Assembly: GCA_021613535.1 (NCBI GenBank)
Contig: CP075494.1
Span: 16,058,001 to 16,122,000, forward strand
Length of the DNA stretch: 64,000 bases
Source: Adineta vaga
Lineage: Eukaryota > Animalia > Rotifera
Direction: 5' to 3'
Below the pieces are notes generated by a model that did not search any database, had not been told where the DNA came from, and was given only the letters and a program-made list of their open reading frames with translations. Both the position numbers and the translations under genes were made by a program. Positions 1-12,969 of this stretch are shown here, one piece after another (positions within the stretch are counted from its first letter, which is position 1; every line of letters begins with the position of its first letter).

Positions 1-1094
1 AAAGAAGAAAATAGTATTGTTTAAGGTTTTGAATTACAAACATCAGCAAGAAAATCATAGTTTCAAGCTAGAAGTGAATGTTACATCGTGTTTTGTAAAG
101 AAGTGTTTGCTCTACAGAGTAACCAATTCTGACAATTGTTGATAGTTTTACAAAAGAATTCGTGAAAAATAGCGAAACTCTCGGTCTTTGCTATTCAAAT
201 CAGTTTTTTCGGACTTTTCAAATATCGTCTCATGTCTGTAGAGATCTTTAAAAAGAGCACTAAGTTCTGATAATAATTTATCGTTTTTAACTCATTTGAT
301 ACGTCTTTGAACAGGATCATCAATCTGTGCAAACTAATTTTGTTAAGTTTATCAACGACTTCTTCATTATTCTGAGTACAAGCAGATACAAATTTTTGAA
401 GTTTATAGTAGAAAAAAGTAAAGAACACAAAATTCTGAGTCTAGCTAAGTATTTTTGGTTGATACTAATTCTTTTTAAGGCATCGGAAACCGAGTGAACC
501 TTTTGTCTCAAGACTTTTACAATCAGAGATTAAAACAGCGTGCAAGACAAATGCATCCAAAGGCGTGGTCCTGCATAATTCTACTGAAGCAAAGAAATCA
601 AAAACGTCACATATGTAACGTAAATCAAAATAAATTAAGCCTTTTATAATAACACTACGAAATGGATATAGAACAATAAGAGTGAATTGTCTTATAGCTC
701 TCTAGGGTGGGTATGGGCACTTCGATTGACATCCAAAATTGGCAAGAATTTTTGTAGAGTTTTCACGCGTTTTTGTCAGTTCTTGTCTGATCGGGTAAGC
801 ACAGTTTATTGTTCTCCATAACAAATTACTATGGTGGTACTTCGTTTTTTTTCAATAAATTCTAAGTCAGATATTCTGTCTTTTCCAGCAAAATGCCGAA
901 CAAATTACCATTTGAAATTTCAGCGTATCATCGGCACTTTGCTTAACAGACTGGTACGTGCTATCATGACATAGACTATAGAAAAACGAATCATTATTGA
1001 TCTTGTTGACGACATCGGTCAAATGAGATAAATAAACATATAAATAAATGCGTTGATTCATATTTTTGAATAAGAAACGAAGAAAAGAAGAAAG

Positions 1095-2860
1095 ATGAAA
1101 TTGAATGATTTACCTGACGAAGTTCTTCTATTAATCTTGAAAGAATTAAATAGTTTTGAAGTTTTTTATTCTTTTCATGATATTAATCAACGATTCAATA
1201 GAATTCTTTCTGATCCAATATTTACAAATTATTTGAATTTTGTCAAATGGTCATGTCATAAAATGATTACTAAGTTTTCTTCTAATCTTATTCATGAATT
1301 TTCTTCACAAATTTTATCTAAAATTTGTACAAGAATTGAATGGTTTAATGTTGAATCATCATTTATAAGACATATTTTATCTACGAACAAATATTCCAAT
1401 TTATATGGACTTGGTCTATACAATATTGACGAAGAAATAATCAATTTTCTTTTTACTGGTATGATAATACTTTATTTTAAAGATAATTCTTTCAAATCAT
1501 TTGATTTGTTTTATTTAGATAAGAATCTTTCATCTGATATTTTTCAAAATCAAATAACATCACTTGTTATTGGAATTGATTTAGAAAAAAAAGAATATGT
1601 CAATCGTAGAAAATATACTCTATTCACAATGATGAAGAATTTAATTCATTTAACATCTTATGAGGCATCATATGACGATTTCGTTCGATTTAAATTTGAT
1701 GTTTCATCTCGAAAATTTTCTTCGTCAACTTTATTGACATTAAATATTAAGGCATATACTTTTAATAACTGTCTCTGTATTCTTGATGGTCGTTTTATTA
1801 ATCTTCAATCACTTGAAGTTGATCTGATTAGCATTGGTCGTTCATTCGAACAAGTCGAAAATCAAGTTAGTTTAATAATGACGAGAAATATCTTTGTTCT
1901 TTTTTCTTTAACATTTTCTAGAGAGAAATTCCAAATCTGAAATGTTTCAATATATCATGTTTATCACAATTCTGCGAATACAACGAATTACTTGTTCCAC
2001 TACTTCGTCGAATGTCAAATTTAGAAAAACTTGGTTCATACATCACGGCTTCATTCAAAGAAAGATTTATTGATGGAACAAGTTTGAAAGAAGATATTCT
2101 CTATCATTTAACAAAAGTAAGATATTTCCATTTTGATATTTATTCAATGGTATCTAGAAATAATCAGATGAATTTTTCATCAAAAGAAGACGTTCAACAG
2201 ACATTTACAGATTTTCTGTGTACAAAAGTGATATCTTATGTTGATGATTTTCCTGATAGACCACAAACAGTACAATATCATGTTTATTCATATCCATTTC
2301 TAATGAAATCTTATAAAAAGATAACAACTAATTTTCCTGGTGGATATTATCCATATGTTCGCATAGTTTCATTACGTGATGATGAACATCCATTTGAACA
2401 TGAATTTTTTCGTCAAATTTCTGTTGCATTTCCAGTGATGAGTAAATTAACTGTGAATAATTATTGTGCACAAAATTCTAAACAATTGATGGATATTAAT
2501 TACAATCATTTTAAAGTTATTCGATATAATCATCTTATTGAACTTTATATTAAAGATTGTCATGATGATTATACTGAACAATTTGTTCTTAATACAAAAA
2601 CATATTTACATAATTCGATTTCACTATATATTGATTTGCGATCATTTGTAAGAATAATAGAGAAGTTTACAAGAAATGAAATACGAATGAATTGTGCGAA
2701 AGTAAATGAAATATTTATCTTTGGAGAAAACAAATTTAATTTGATTCAATCTTTACAAAATTATTTTCCCTTTGCAAAAGTTCATTCAATGTTATTGGTT
2801 TTATGTATAGTTTCGAAAAATAAAATGATCATTTGGAAGAAAATGAACTTCATTCACTAA
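1095..2860 (+). CDS. F-box domain protein (expanded bdelloid-type family), 3 exons
   Basis: N-terminal F-box LNDLPDEVLLLILKEL and family motifs CILDGRF and HPFEHEFF. GT-AG introns 1459-1518 and 1866-1921 join the 1095 and 2012 ORFs in frame. Confidence 0.85.
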
Positions 2861-3597
2861 AACATATTTAGTTTGTGCAATGCAATGAAATCTTAATCTA
2901 ATCATCGAAGTTTTTACAAAATCCACAAGAATTTGTGGAAAATTTCTAGAAAAGAATGATATTTTGAAAACTTGTAATAATATCACATAAAATAATGTTT
3001 TGGTGAATGAATAAGTATTTCAAAGAATTGAGTTATTTGAATAATCGATATAACATAACGATGTGCTTTATTTATTATGTAGTCCTACACCAGTGCAACT
3101 TTTTGCACTCGAAACCGAACAATCTATTTATTTTAAGCTCGGACCCATGCCGAACCGAACCGGATCGGCACTAGTAACATATTTTCAAAAATATCACCAA
3201 GTTTGTGAACGCTAATATCATGCATAAAACCATAACGGGTGATTTCACTCATAAACAAGAAGGAAAAACATTAGTGAGTAGTGTCACATATCTTCTGGAT
3301 CGGGGACGACGGAATATGCCATGAAAGATTCAAGATACGCGGGTTAAAAGGTCATCTGCCATATCCTGTCGGAGATGACACATATTCTCCATCTCCTATC
3401 CTCAAGAGATGAGTGAGGATAAAAACAAGACACCCTCACCCGCCCTCAAGATGCTTATTCATAGTCAAGTTTGATTACAGAAAAGAAAACATCATTGTTC
3501 TCACTGATGATTACGGTCATACAGATGCCGTAAATATCTATATAAATAATCATGTATCATTTATATTATAAATGAATCTAATAGATAAAAAATAATT

Positions 3598-5367
3598 ATG
3601 ATTGGTTCATTCGTTCTATTAGATACTTTACCAGATGAAGTTCTTATAATTATTTTGAAAAAACTAAATAATGATCAAGTGTTATATTCATTGATGGGTG
3701 TTAACAAGCGATTCAATGCATTTGTACGTGATTCAATTTTCACAAGTCATTTGACATTGATGAAAAAATCCACCAATAAATTTATCTCACCATTACCTGA
3801 GTTGATACTTTGCCAATTTTACTCACAAATTTTACCTGAAATTTATCATAAAATTCAATCGCTAAACGTCGAATCATCTTCTATGGAACAAATTCTCTCT
3901 GTATATTATCCAAATCTACATCGACTCGGTTTATATAACATTAATAGTGAAACTCTAATTGAATTATTGTCCAGTAAGATATCTTATTTTTATCATTGAT
4001 TTTCATTTTTTATAAGAAATGAAATAATTCATTCAAAGAATATGTGCAGATATTTGATTTGTTTTTGAAAAATGTTTCTTTTTATATTTAGATCAAAACA
4101 TTTTCAATGATAGATTGAAAAATCAAATTCGATCGTTTACTGTTTGTATGACATATGACTGCAAAAAAACTTCACAAAAGCAGAATATAGAGATATTTGC
4201 AAATCTTTTCACTATTTTCACCAATCTACAATATTTAAATTTTGGTTCACCAGAAATCTATCCTCAATTTATATCGTTTGAGATTTTATTGCCAATATTT
4301 AATTCATCTATGGTCTTAGAGTTACATGTCAACATACACAGATTTGACGACTGTCTTTATTTACTTGATGGACGTTTTAATCAACTTCGGACGCTTTATG
4401 TCAATATTCTTTTGATTAGTTATTCTTCAAATTCGAAAAGCAAGAATATGGTAAAATGCATTTCATGAATATCGAATTAATTCAAATGAAATTTCTTTGT
4501 TTTCAGGGAGATTTGCCTAATTTGAAATGTTTTTCATTACATTCTCGCGAAGAGACAAACGTATACGATGAATTACTTGTTCCATTATTCCAACGTATGT
4601 TCAATTTAGAAAAACTAGATTTAGATTTAGTCGTTCGTTGTAAGAACACATTTATTGATGGTAAGAATTTAAGAACAAATATTATCAATACAATGTTATT
4701 ATTAAATCATTTTACATTTCATATTTGTTCAATTGTTTTTCTTACTAATCTGATCAATTTATTATCGAATGAAGATATTCAACAAACATTCATTGATTTT
4801 CCACAGAAACAAATTATGTCGTATGCTGATTATTTCCCCGAAATTAAAGAAGGTCAATGTCATGTTTATTCATATCCATATCAATGGAATGAATATTGTA
4901 GAATAACAAATCATTTTCCTGGTCATATATTAAAATACGTTCGTAAATTATCGCTTTTTGATGAAAAACCTTTTGAACATGAATTTTTTATTCAAATTTC
5001 AAACTCATTTCCATTCATCGAAAAATTAACCGTAAGTAATCAAAAACCACAAATCAATAAACCATGCAAACAATTAACTGATAGAAATGAACATTCACCA
5101 GTTACAAAATACTTATATCTCACGGAACTTAAGCTCATTGAAGTTCATGATGATTATATTGAAGAATTTATTGTCGATTCGAAAACTGAATTACCAAATA
5201 ATCTATGTTTCATTGTTGAATATGGAGGAATGAAACGTGTGACAGGACGTTTTACAAATATTAGGATGCGAAATACATGTAAAAAACTGCACAGTATTGG
5301 CCTTATGGGAACATATCGAATCCCAAAATATGTAAAAGAATATTTTTCACATACGAAAATATTTTAA
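3598..5367 (+). CDS. F-box domain protein, tandem paralog of 1095-2860, 3 exons
   Basis: LDTLPDEVLIIILKKL, CLYLLDGRFNQLRTL, KPFEHEFF. Introns 3974-4091 and 4451-4506 join three ORFs in frame, at equivalent positions to the paralog. Confidence 0.85.
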
Positions 5368-5570
5368 ATGTTATCAATACTTATGTTGAATGAAATAAAT
5401 CATAGTCTTGTTTTCAAGAAAGATTTTTCGAAAATATTATTCATAAATTAGAGAAATGAAGTTATGATTATAAATCAAAGAAAATATTTGTAATTGTTTT
5501 AAATTAGACTATCTCGTAGGTTATCTTCGTTGAAGAAATATCAAACAAGCCATGAATTTCAAACGTAGGT

Positions 5571-6244
5571 AAAGTTAGCACCATATTCGAGTATTTTTTG
5601 TTAGGATTCGCCTGTAAACTTGTGCTGGTCTTCGAAAAGGTTGTGTTGGATGCAGAATTTAACTATCTATCGAATGATGCTAGTTTTAATAGGGGTCACC
5701 GTCCAAAAACTGAAGTTTTTGACCAAAAACCGGTGTTTTCACCCATTTTTCGGACTTAAAACTTTTGTATTTCTTGCCCGGATTCGCTCGAGAACTTGTG
5801 CCCTGTCTAAGAACGGTTGTGTTGGATGCAGAATTTAATTCTCTATCAAATGATGTAGTTTTTGAAGACAGTCACTGAGAGAAAAAATCGTCACACCCAC
5901 CCACCCATACCCTGACCCACACTCAGACCCTTGCCGCCGACAATACCCCCTAAGACCTACATCATTTGATAGATAATTAAATTCTGCATCCAACACAACC
6001 GTTCTTAGACAGGGCACAAGTTCTCGAGCGAATCCGGGCAAGAAATACAAAAGTTTTAAGTCCGAAAAATGGGTGAAAACACCGGTTTTTGGTCAAAAAC
6101 TTCAGTTTTTGGACGGTGACCCCTATTAAAACTAGCATCATTCGATAGATAGTTAAATTCTGCATCCAACACAACCTTTTCGAAGACCAGCACAAGTTTA
6201 CAGGCGAATCCTAACAAAAAATACTCGAATATGGTGCTAACTTT
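5571..6244. mobile_element. Foldback/MITE-like element with ~288-bp near-perfect inverted arms
   Basis: 5571-5858 is the reverse complement of 5957-6244 (one mismatch seen), with a ~98-bp spacer. Each arm holds two copies of GGTTGTGTTGGATGCAGAATTTAA. No clear TSD. Confidence 0.85.
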
Positions 6245-6278
6245 TCTTACCTCTAGTCTACTATCAATAGTAAATGTC

Positions 6279-7532
6279 TTACGGAGTTGATACAACCTCA
6301 TAATTCGGCAGCACATTTTTCTGACCAGCCTTCGGAGTGAAAAGTTTTGTGACGAATCGAGTGATGGCAGGTCTGAATACAAACCTAAGTACACCGTTGC
6401 GCAAGGCAATTGCAGTGCGTGTGTTTGGTAAACCGACGCGTAGAATCCCAGGAATGATTTTCTGAGTTTTTGTCACATAAGGGCGCATCCATGCTTCATA
6501 CTGCTTAAATGCCTCATTATGATTCAGATGGCGTGACAGTTCACCGGCAAGAATGTAAGCGCCAACAAGAGCCACGTTTGCTCCCATGCCAGTGAGTGGA
6601 GAAGGAGAGTAACCTGCGTCGCCTACTAGAGCGACCCGTCCTTTTGACCATCGATCCATTTTGACCTGTCCAACAGTATTAAAATAGAAATCATCTGCGT
6701 TCGGTAGTTCACGAAGAATTCGGGGTGCTTCGAAACCAGCATCAGCAAATAACTTTTGTATAAGACGTTTTTGCATGTCGACATCCAGTTTTTCGTAACC
6801 GCGTTCTTTACTTCGAAAGCAGAGATACGCTTGTGTTTGGTCTTGGTTATCTGGACGTAGTGCTACTGATCGTCCTCCGGGTGCAGAACAAAAACGTACG
6901 CAATTACCATCAGAATCACTGCGAGGAATAGAAAAATATGCCGTGTAAAAGTTAGCATAAGAGATAGGCGATTCATCGCCGAAGACGAGACGTCGAGTCT
7001 TTGAGTGTATACCATCAGCACCTACGACTAAATCGAATTCGCGAAGATTGCCGCTAGCAAACTTGACTTGCACTTTATCACCACGATCGTCAATAGCTTG
7101 TGGAGAATCACCAAAAACATATTCAACGTCGTTACGAATGTACTCGTAGAGAATTTTGGCTAATTCTGCACGACGAATTTCAATCTCTTCAACAGAGCCT
7201 TTTTCACCAAAGTTATCTACATCAAGACTGGCTTGCAATCGTCCTGTGCTGTCGACAATGTGTATTCCTAGATCTCCAGTAATCTTCTCGCGAACTTTGC
7301 TTTCGATTCCCATACGCCAAGCAACTTCTTTTCCCTCATCTTGTAGATCGACCCAATGACCAGATAAACGTAGTTCTGGTGCACGCTCAACCACCACAGG
7401 TTTCATACCATAACGATGTAAAAAAAAGGCCAGAGCATGACCAGCAATTCCTCCGCCGACCACCAGAATATTGTAGTTTTTCTCTGGCCCTTTAAGGTTG
7501 GATAAGGATCGACGTAACAACGTAGAATGCAT
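6279..7532 (-). CDS. FAD-dependent monooxygenase (class A), bacterial-like, probable HGT
   Basis: GGGIAG Rossmann motif, VVGADGIHS (DG motif) and LVGDAGYSPSPLTGMG (GD motif). Uninterrupted 417-aa ORF, visibly more GC-rich than the flanks. Confidence 0.9.
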   Translation of the reverse strand: MHSTLLRRSLSNLKGPEKNYNILVVGGGIAGHALAFFLHRYGMKPVVVERAPELRLSGHWVDLQDEGKEVAWRMGIESKVREKITGDLGIHIVDSTGRLQASLDVDNFGEKGSVEEIEIRRAELAKILYEYIRNDVEYVFGDSPQAIDDRGDKVQVKFASGNLREFDLVVGADGIHSKTRRLVFGDESPISYANFYTAYFSIPRSDSDGNCVRFCSAPGGRSVALRPDNQDQTQAYLCFRSKERGYEKLDVDMQKRLIQKLFADAGFEAPRILRELPNADDFYFNTVGQVKMDRWSKGRVALVGDAGYSPSPLTGMGANVALVGAYILAGELSRHLNHNEAFKQYEAWMRPYVTKTQKIIPGILRVGLPNTRTAIALRNGVLRFVFRPAITRFVTKLFTPKAGQKNVLPNYEVVSTP

Positions 7533-8301
7533 TTTGCGCTGTTGATAAATCCTGGAAAAAATAATAGAAGAATCATATAGATAATCTCTCTGGTTGCCTC
7601 TTATTCGTGATACTCAAGAGCTACTTTAAATAGTCATGCAAAAAGTTATTGAAAAATGAGAAACATAAATACAAAAAAAGAGTTTCTGAAGAATATTGAA
7701 TCACCTACCGAAACGCGTAACAGAATGTTTTTAAACGAAAGAAAACGAGTTATCGAGTGAAAACGTTTTCATAGTCACATAACGAATGCACTCTCCATAC
7801 GTAACCGTACGCACTTCTTCTATTCTGTCAGTGTAAGACAGGATGAAAGAAATAAAAACATCGCTAGGCACTCGTATATTTGCGTTCTTTCACATATTTC
7901 TTTTGTATGAAATGTCGCTATGCCATGGCCTTCTTCCTCTCTGTAACTCTTTATGCTATTCTTCGTTCTGTAGCACGTGCACTGCATTGAAAAAAAAATG
8001 GTGTTTTGCCGAACCTAAAAGGTTTTCTATGAATCACCGGTTCAAATATTTACAGCAAAATTCGGACGACAATGGAGATCAAAGGAACCTCCAAAGGGAA
8101 AAATACCACCAGCTAATATCTTACGACAACGAAATGGTGTTGGACGACCAGCTGCAGATATACAAACTATAAAAGAAGCATTTCAGATTCTGATTACTCA
8201 AGAAATGATTCTTCTTTTGGTCAAAGAAACCAATTGACGAGCGCATCTGATCGCAAAAGAATGGAATAAGCAAAATCCGGGTAAAGAATATCAACGAAAG
8301 G

Positions 8302-8542
8302 TGTGAGATAGGTACTGTTTCGTCGGATGTTATTTAGCAGAAAATCTTATCATGTATGGAACAACGTTTATTAACGAAGAAATGAAAGATATATATATAT
8401 ATATAGGTTTGAACAGAACGAAAAGAACATATAAGAAGATTCCATATGACGTCATGGCAGAAGGGACAAATTCAGTAGTACATATGACATCATATATATG
8501 TGAATAAAGGATATCAGCTGTAGGTCGTTTTACTTCTTAACA
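8302..8542 (+). mobile_element. Solo LTR (241 bp)
   Basis: TGT...ACA termini, 4-bp TSD AAGG (8298-8301 / 8543-8546), internal TA-rich tract and AATAAA. Removal restores the piggyBac frame QRK-DTNVEEMW. Confidence 0.7.
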
Positions 8543-8583
8543 AAGGACACAAACGTTGAAGAAATGTGGGCCTTCATTAGACT

Positions 8584-11500
8584 TAGTGGCGTAGCCAAGG
8601 GGGGGGGGGGCTAGGTTGGGCGCCGCCCAACCCCCGAGGCTGTTTACCCAACCACTGTTAATTTTTTAAAATTTATATACGATTACTATGATTATCACTT
8701 TCTTTCAGGATAGTGCGTCCTCTGTCATTGGATTGATCATTGGTTTATTCCTACTTAACCAATAATGTATTTTACTAATGTTAATAGTTTGATTTTATGA
8801 GGGAATTTCACAAATAACATTGGTTAGAATCAATAGTCTTGCTGTTGATATGGAACCGAATGATAAAGAACGAAAACGCAATACTCTTCATTCATTTTTT
8901 CGTTCATCATTTAAGAAGAAAAACCTTGATACTACTGTTTCTCATAGTGATGAATTTTCACAACTAACAGAATCTGACTCAACCACGTCTTACGCAATGA
9001 ATAATTCGCTTGAACCAGTATCACCATCGTCAACGGCAGCAACAGCATCTTTTTCACCTTCTTCAATAGCTGCAACATCTTGTTTATCATCAGCAACAAC
9101 GTTTGTACAATCACCGCCTTCAACATCTCCACCGTCCGCACACTTGTCCGCTACAAATATATCTCTTCCTTCAGATATTAGTATTTCTCAAAGAGAACCA
9201 CCAACTCAACCAAAATTAGCTTCATACAAAACAAATAAAGATAGTCGATCATTTCATTCACAGTGGTATTCAATGTTTCCTTGGTTAGAGTATTCTATAG
9301 AACAGGATCGTGTTTTTCGTTATTACTGTCGTCATTTTAACGATACATCTAATCTATTGAATAGGGTATGTCAAATTCTATTACTATGTAGACATTTTTA
9401 CTTAAATGCTTGTACTCTAATTCGAATACAGCGTCTATTTTCTATCTCGACATTTAGATTCAAAGTGATGCATTTACTTTTGGTTATAATAATTGGACAA
9501 ATGCGATGACAAAAGCTCAAGGTCTTCGTAAACATGAACTTAGTGTATCACATAAATCTTCAGTTTTGAATTATCAACAATTTATTTTGAGTACAGATAG
9601 TCAAACAACTGTTAAAGATATTCTTGACAAAAGTCGTGTTGATTTGATTCGAAAAAATCGACAACGTCTTTCAAAAATTGCTTCTCCAATTCTTCTATGT
9701 TCGAGGCAATCAATTCCTTTGCGTGGACACGATGAAAATGATTTGTAAGTACAAATAGCATCTTCTTCTTTACATGTTCTATCTATCATTAGATCCACTA
9801 ATCGTGGTAATTTCATTGAAATTTTGAAATGGGCTGCTTTAACTGATCCAATCGTTAATTCAATATTTGCTGATAGTTCAAGTAATGCTTCGTATTTGTC
9901 TCCACAAATTCAAAATGAACTTATTCAACAAATGGCAAATCAGATTTGAGTACAAATCGCAGAAAAAGTAAGTAGTTTTGATCTTGGTCAAACATAAATG
10001 CAACTATTTCAATTTCGAATGCATCTTTTAAGATTCATGGACATGTCTTTGCTTTAATGGCAGATGAAGATAGGGATTGCACCGGAAACGAACAACTAAG
10101 CATTGTTCTCAGATGTATTTCAGATGATCCAGTTAAAGACAAGGAAAACACCGATCACGATTATATTTTCAAAGAGTATTTATCAGGAATAGTCAAATTA
10201 ACTGAATTTGATGCTAATACTTTGAGTAACGAAATAGTTCGATATTTATTGAACTCTAATATTGATATTCATAATTGTATTGTCATGTGCTTTGATGAGT
10301 AAGAACTTATTGCTTTAATAATGTCAAATCTATTGTTATATATCTTTTTTTCTCTCATTGTAGAGCAGCTGTAATGAGTGGTAAACATGCCGGTGTACAA
10401 GCTATTTTACGAGAGAAGTTTATGTTATCAGCAATATATATCCATTGTTTCGCGCATAAACTGAACTTGGTCATCTGTGATGTATCTAAGGTCGTACCGT
10501 ATCTATCTGAATTTTATTCTGTTGTCTAAAAGATCTATACATACTTTCATTCATGTGGCGTTACTAGCGAATGGTTAAAAATAATCAACATAGATCAGAA
10601 AAATTTGTATTATTTTGTTGATTCTATTGGACAAACGAAAGATAGATGACTGTTTTCTTACTTGTAATTTGTTATTAATAGAAAATAGCAATTCAACATC
10701 AATTAAAAAATGGAGCAACATTAGATGGGATAGTAGGTGGACTTCGATTAATTCGTTACTACAAAATTATAAAGCTCTTATTATTACTCTACAAGAATTA
10801 GGAGATGAAGGAGATGAAAGATTTATTGATGCACGTGGTTTATTATTAGCAATTAGAGCACCCATATTTGTTGTATCATTGATTATTGTCCATAAAGTGT
10901 TTGGAATTATTAAAGTATTGTCAGATCAATTGAAGGATAAAAATCTTATTTTGTTTAATATTCTATTAAGTCTTTAAAAACACTTGTTTTGTTAATTTCT
11001 TTTCTTTTTGCAACTCAATCTTTAATCAAATCAGTTATAACTCAAATAGCTGATCTTCGAAATGAAGAACAATTATCAATTATTTACTTATAATTTGAAA
11101 GTTTTTGTGAAGAGCATAATATCGATTTTTCAACAACAACAAGAGCACGAAGAACTACAGCATTACCATCCAGATTTAAAAATCTCCTTGTTACCGGTAC
11201 TGTTGGCCAACGTGTAAATATGAACAACGACGAAGAATATCGAACAAATCTTTTTTATCCTTTAATTGATTCCATATTAATCGAATTAGATGATCGTTTT
11301 TCTTTTAAAAATATGGAAATTTTAAATGGAATATCATCTCTTTGTCCTGATGGTGATAAATTTTTGGATAGTGCAGGATTGAAATCGTTTGCAACACATA
11401 TGAAAGTTGATTTATGCTCATTATATAATGAACTACAAGTTCTGAAGCCGATGTTAGAAAGATCAAATCTAAAAACGATTGTTGATCCATATATCGAATT

Positions 11501-11940
11501 ATTGCCATTAAAAAAAGCATTTCCAACAGTAGTGAATCTTGTTGTTGCTGCAATGACTGTACCTGTCTCGTCTACGACATGTGAAAGAACATTCAGTAAA
11601 ATGAAACTGATTAAAACAACTACTCGTAATACAATGTCTGATTCGCGATTGAGTGATTTGTGCGTTTTAGCGGTTGAACGCGATTTTATTATCAATTTTG
11701 AAAAACTCACTAATGACTTTGCTGATGCACATAAGAATCGTAGAATTTTATTGAAATAAAACTGATTTTTCTATTTTTTTTAATAAACGAGCGAGGTACT
11801 ATTTTAGAAGATGTTTTAAAAATAAATACATCTTTCTACTTGCTCTACGAAAAAGAATATCATGTCTTACCAAAAATAATCTTTTTCAAAAATCTTTAGG
11901 GCGCCGCCCAACCAACCGTCAAATCCTGGCTACGCCACTA
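8584..11940 (+). mobile_element. hAT transposon (ZMYM1-like transposase), inactive
   Basis: TIR TAGTGGCGTAGCCA / TGGCTACGCCACTA and subterminal GGGCGCCGCCCAACC at both ends. Near-TSD ATTAGACT / TTTAGACT (right copy offset by 6 bp). TTF-type zinc finger, PLRGHDE, RWDSR and hATC SSTTCERTFSKM; introns; stops at 9947 and 10527. Confidence 0.9.
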
Positions 11941-12618
11941 CTAAAATTTAGACTCTTGTTTCTCGCAGGTGTTCATCGAGCAACTGTGACGAAAAATCGT
12001 TTCAAAAGCTTACTTCAGTTTTGTCGATTCGATGATACAACAACACGAGAGGAAAGACTGAAAATAGATAAACTGGCGGCAATCAGAGAATTATGAGCAA
12101 TGTTCTTAGATCGATTACAAATATGCTATACACCTAGTGAATCACTCATGGCAGACGAACAGCTGGTTCCAACTCGTGGCCGATGCCATTTTCGTCAATA
12201 TATGCCTAATAAACCTGGAAAATATGGACTGAAGATCTTTTGGTGTTGTGACTCGGATACAACATATCCGTTGAATGCTGAAGTTTATTTAGGGCGTCAA
12301 CCTGGAACAGTGACTGCAGCTAAAGATACGAATCGTATTCATAATCTAGTGAAACGGTCGGTACATCCTTGGATTAACACAGGACGAACCATTACTACTG
12401 ACAATTATTTTACCAGTGCAGAGTTGGAAGAAGATCTTCTAGGTGTTCAAACAACTCCTGTAGGGACTATTCGACGAAATAAGAAAAAAATCCCATGCTG
12501 TGCTTTTGCTGTCATCTCTTCACCATGATCCGACAATCATCGATGAAGAAAAGAAAAAGCCAGAGATTATCTTATATTACAATAACACAAAAGGTGGTGT
12601 TGATCATATGGATCAAAT

Positions 12619-12933
12619 CCCAGGTAGAAAAATCCGAGCCGGATCCGGTCGAAACCAGAACATTCCGGTCATTTCATGGAAGCAGGATTCCGACCCGGAT
12701 ATTTTCGGACTTTTCCATTCGCTTCTGACTAGCTTCCAGTAAGTTCCAGTCGGAAAACGACTGGAATTCACCAGAACAGTCCGAGAAATTCCGATCGGAA
12801 TACTGCCTCCACTCTCCTTTGTTCTCCGGTTGGAACCTTTTGGAACTAGCTGGAACCGTCCGGAATATCCTCGGAAAGGCGTGATTTCTGGCAGGTTCCT
12901 TTCGAATCCGGAGGCCGGAACGTCCGTCCCGGG
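12619..12933. mobile_element. Non-autonomous CCC...GGG-ended element (CMC/EnSpm-like MITE)
   Basis: CCCAGG / CCCGGG ends, AT duplication at 12617-18 and 12934-35, and many TTCCGG/CCGGAA subrepeats. Removal gives the piggyBac frame GGVDHMDQ-MC. Confidence 0.65.
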
Positions 12934-12969
12934 ATGTGTGTGTGTATATATAAGATAGCGTCATAGAGA

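Larger units (their letters stand above)
8030..12945 (+). pseudogene. Decayed piggyBac transposase interrupted by three insertions
   Basis: Collinear fragments KEAFQILITQEMILLLVKETN*, DTNVEEMWAFI, RFDDTTTR, DEQLVPTRGRC..YMPNKPGKYGLK, TDNYFTS and YNNTKGGVDHMDQ, with stops and frameshifts. TIRs not found. Confidence 0.85.

Noticed and set aside
195-620. Minus-strand frames that may be a transposase or gene relic
   Set aside because: Broken frames with no diagnostic motif I can support.
3091-3173. Tiny CAGTGC...GCACTA element with CCGAA repeats
   Set aside because: Possible MITE remnant, but TIR and TSD are too short to support.
5620-6195. Two identical 72-aa ORFs on opposite strands
   Set aside because: Artefact of the inverted-repeat arms; not protein-like.
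6279-7532. Bacterial contamination as the source of the monooxygenase
   Set aside because: Flanks are eukaryotic genes and repeats, there is no operon context, and an upstream splice-acceptor-like site is present; read-level confirmation is still needed.
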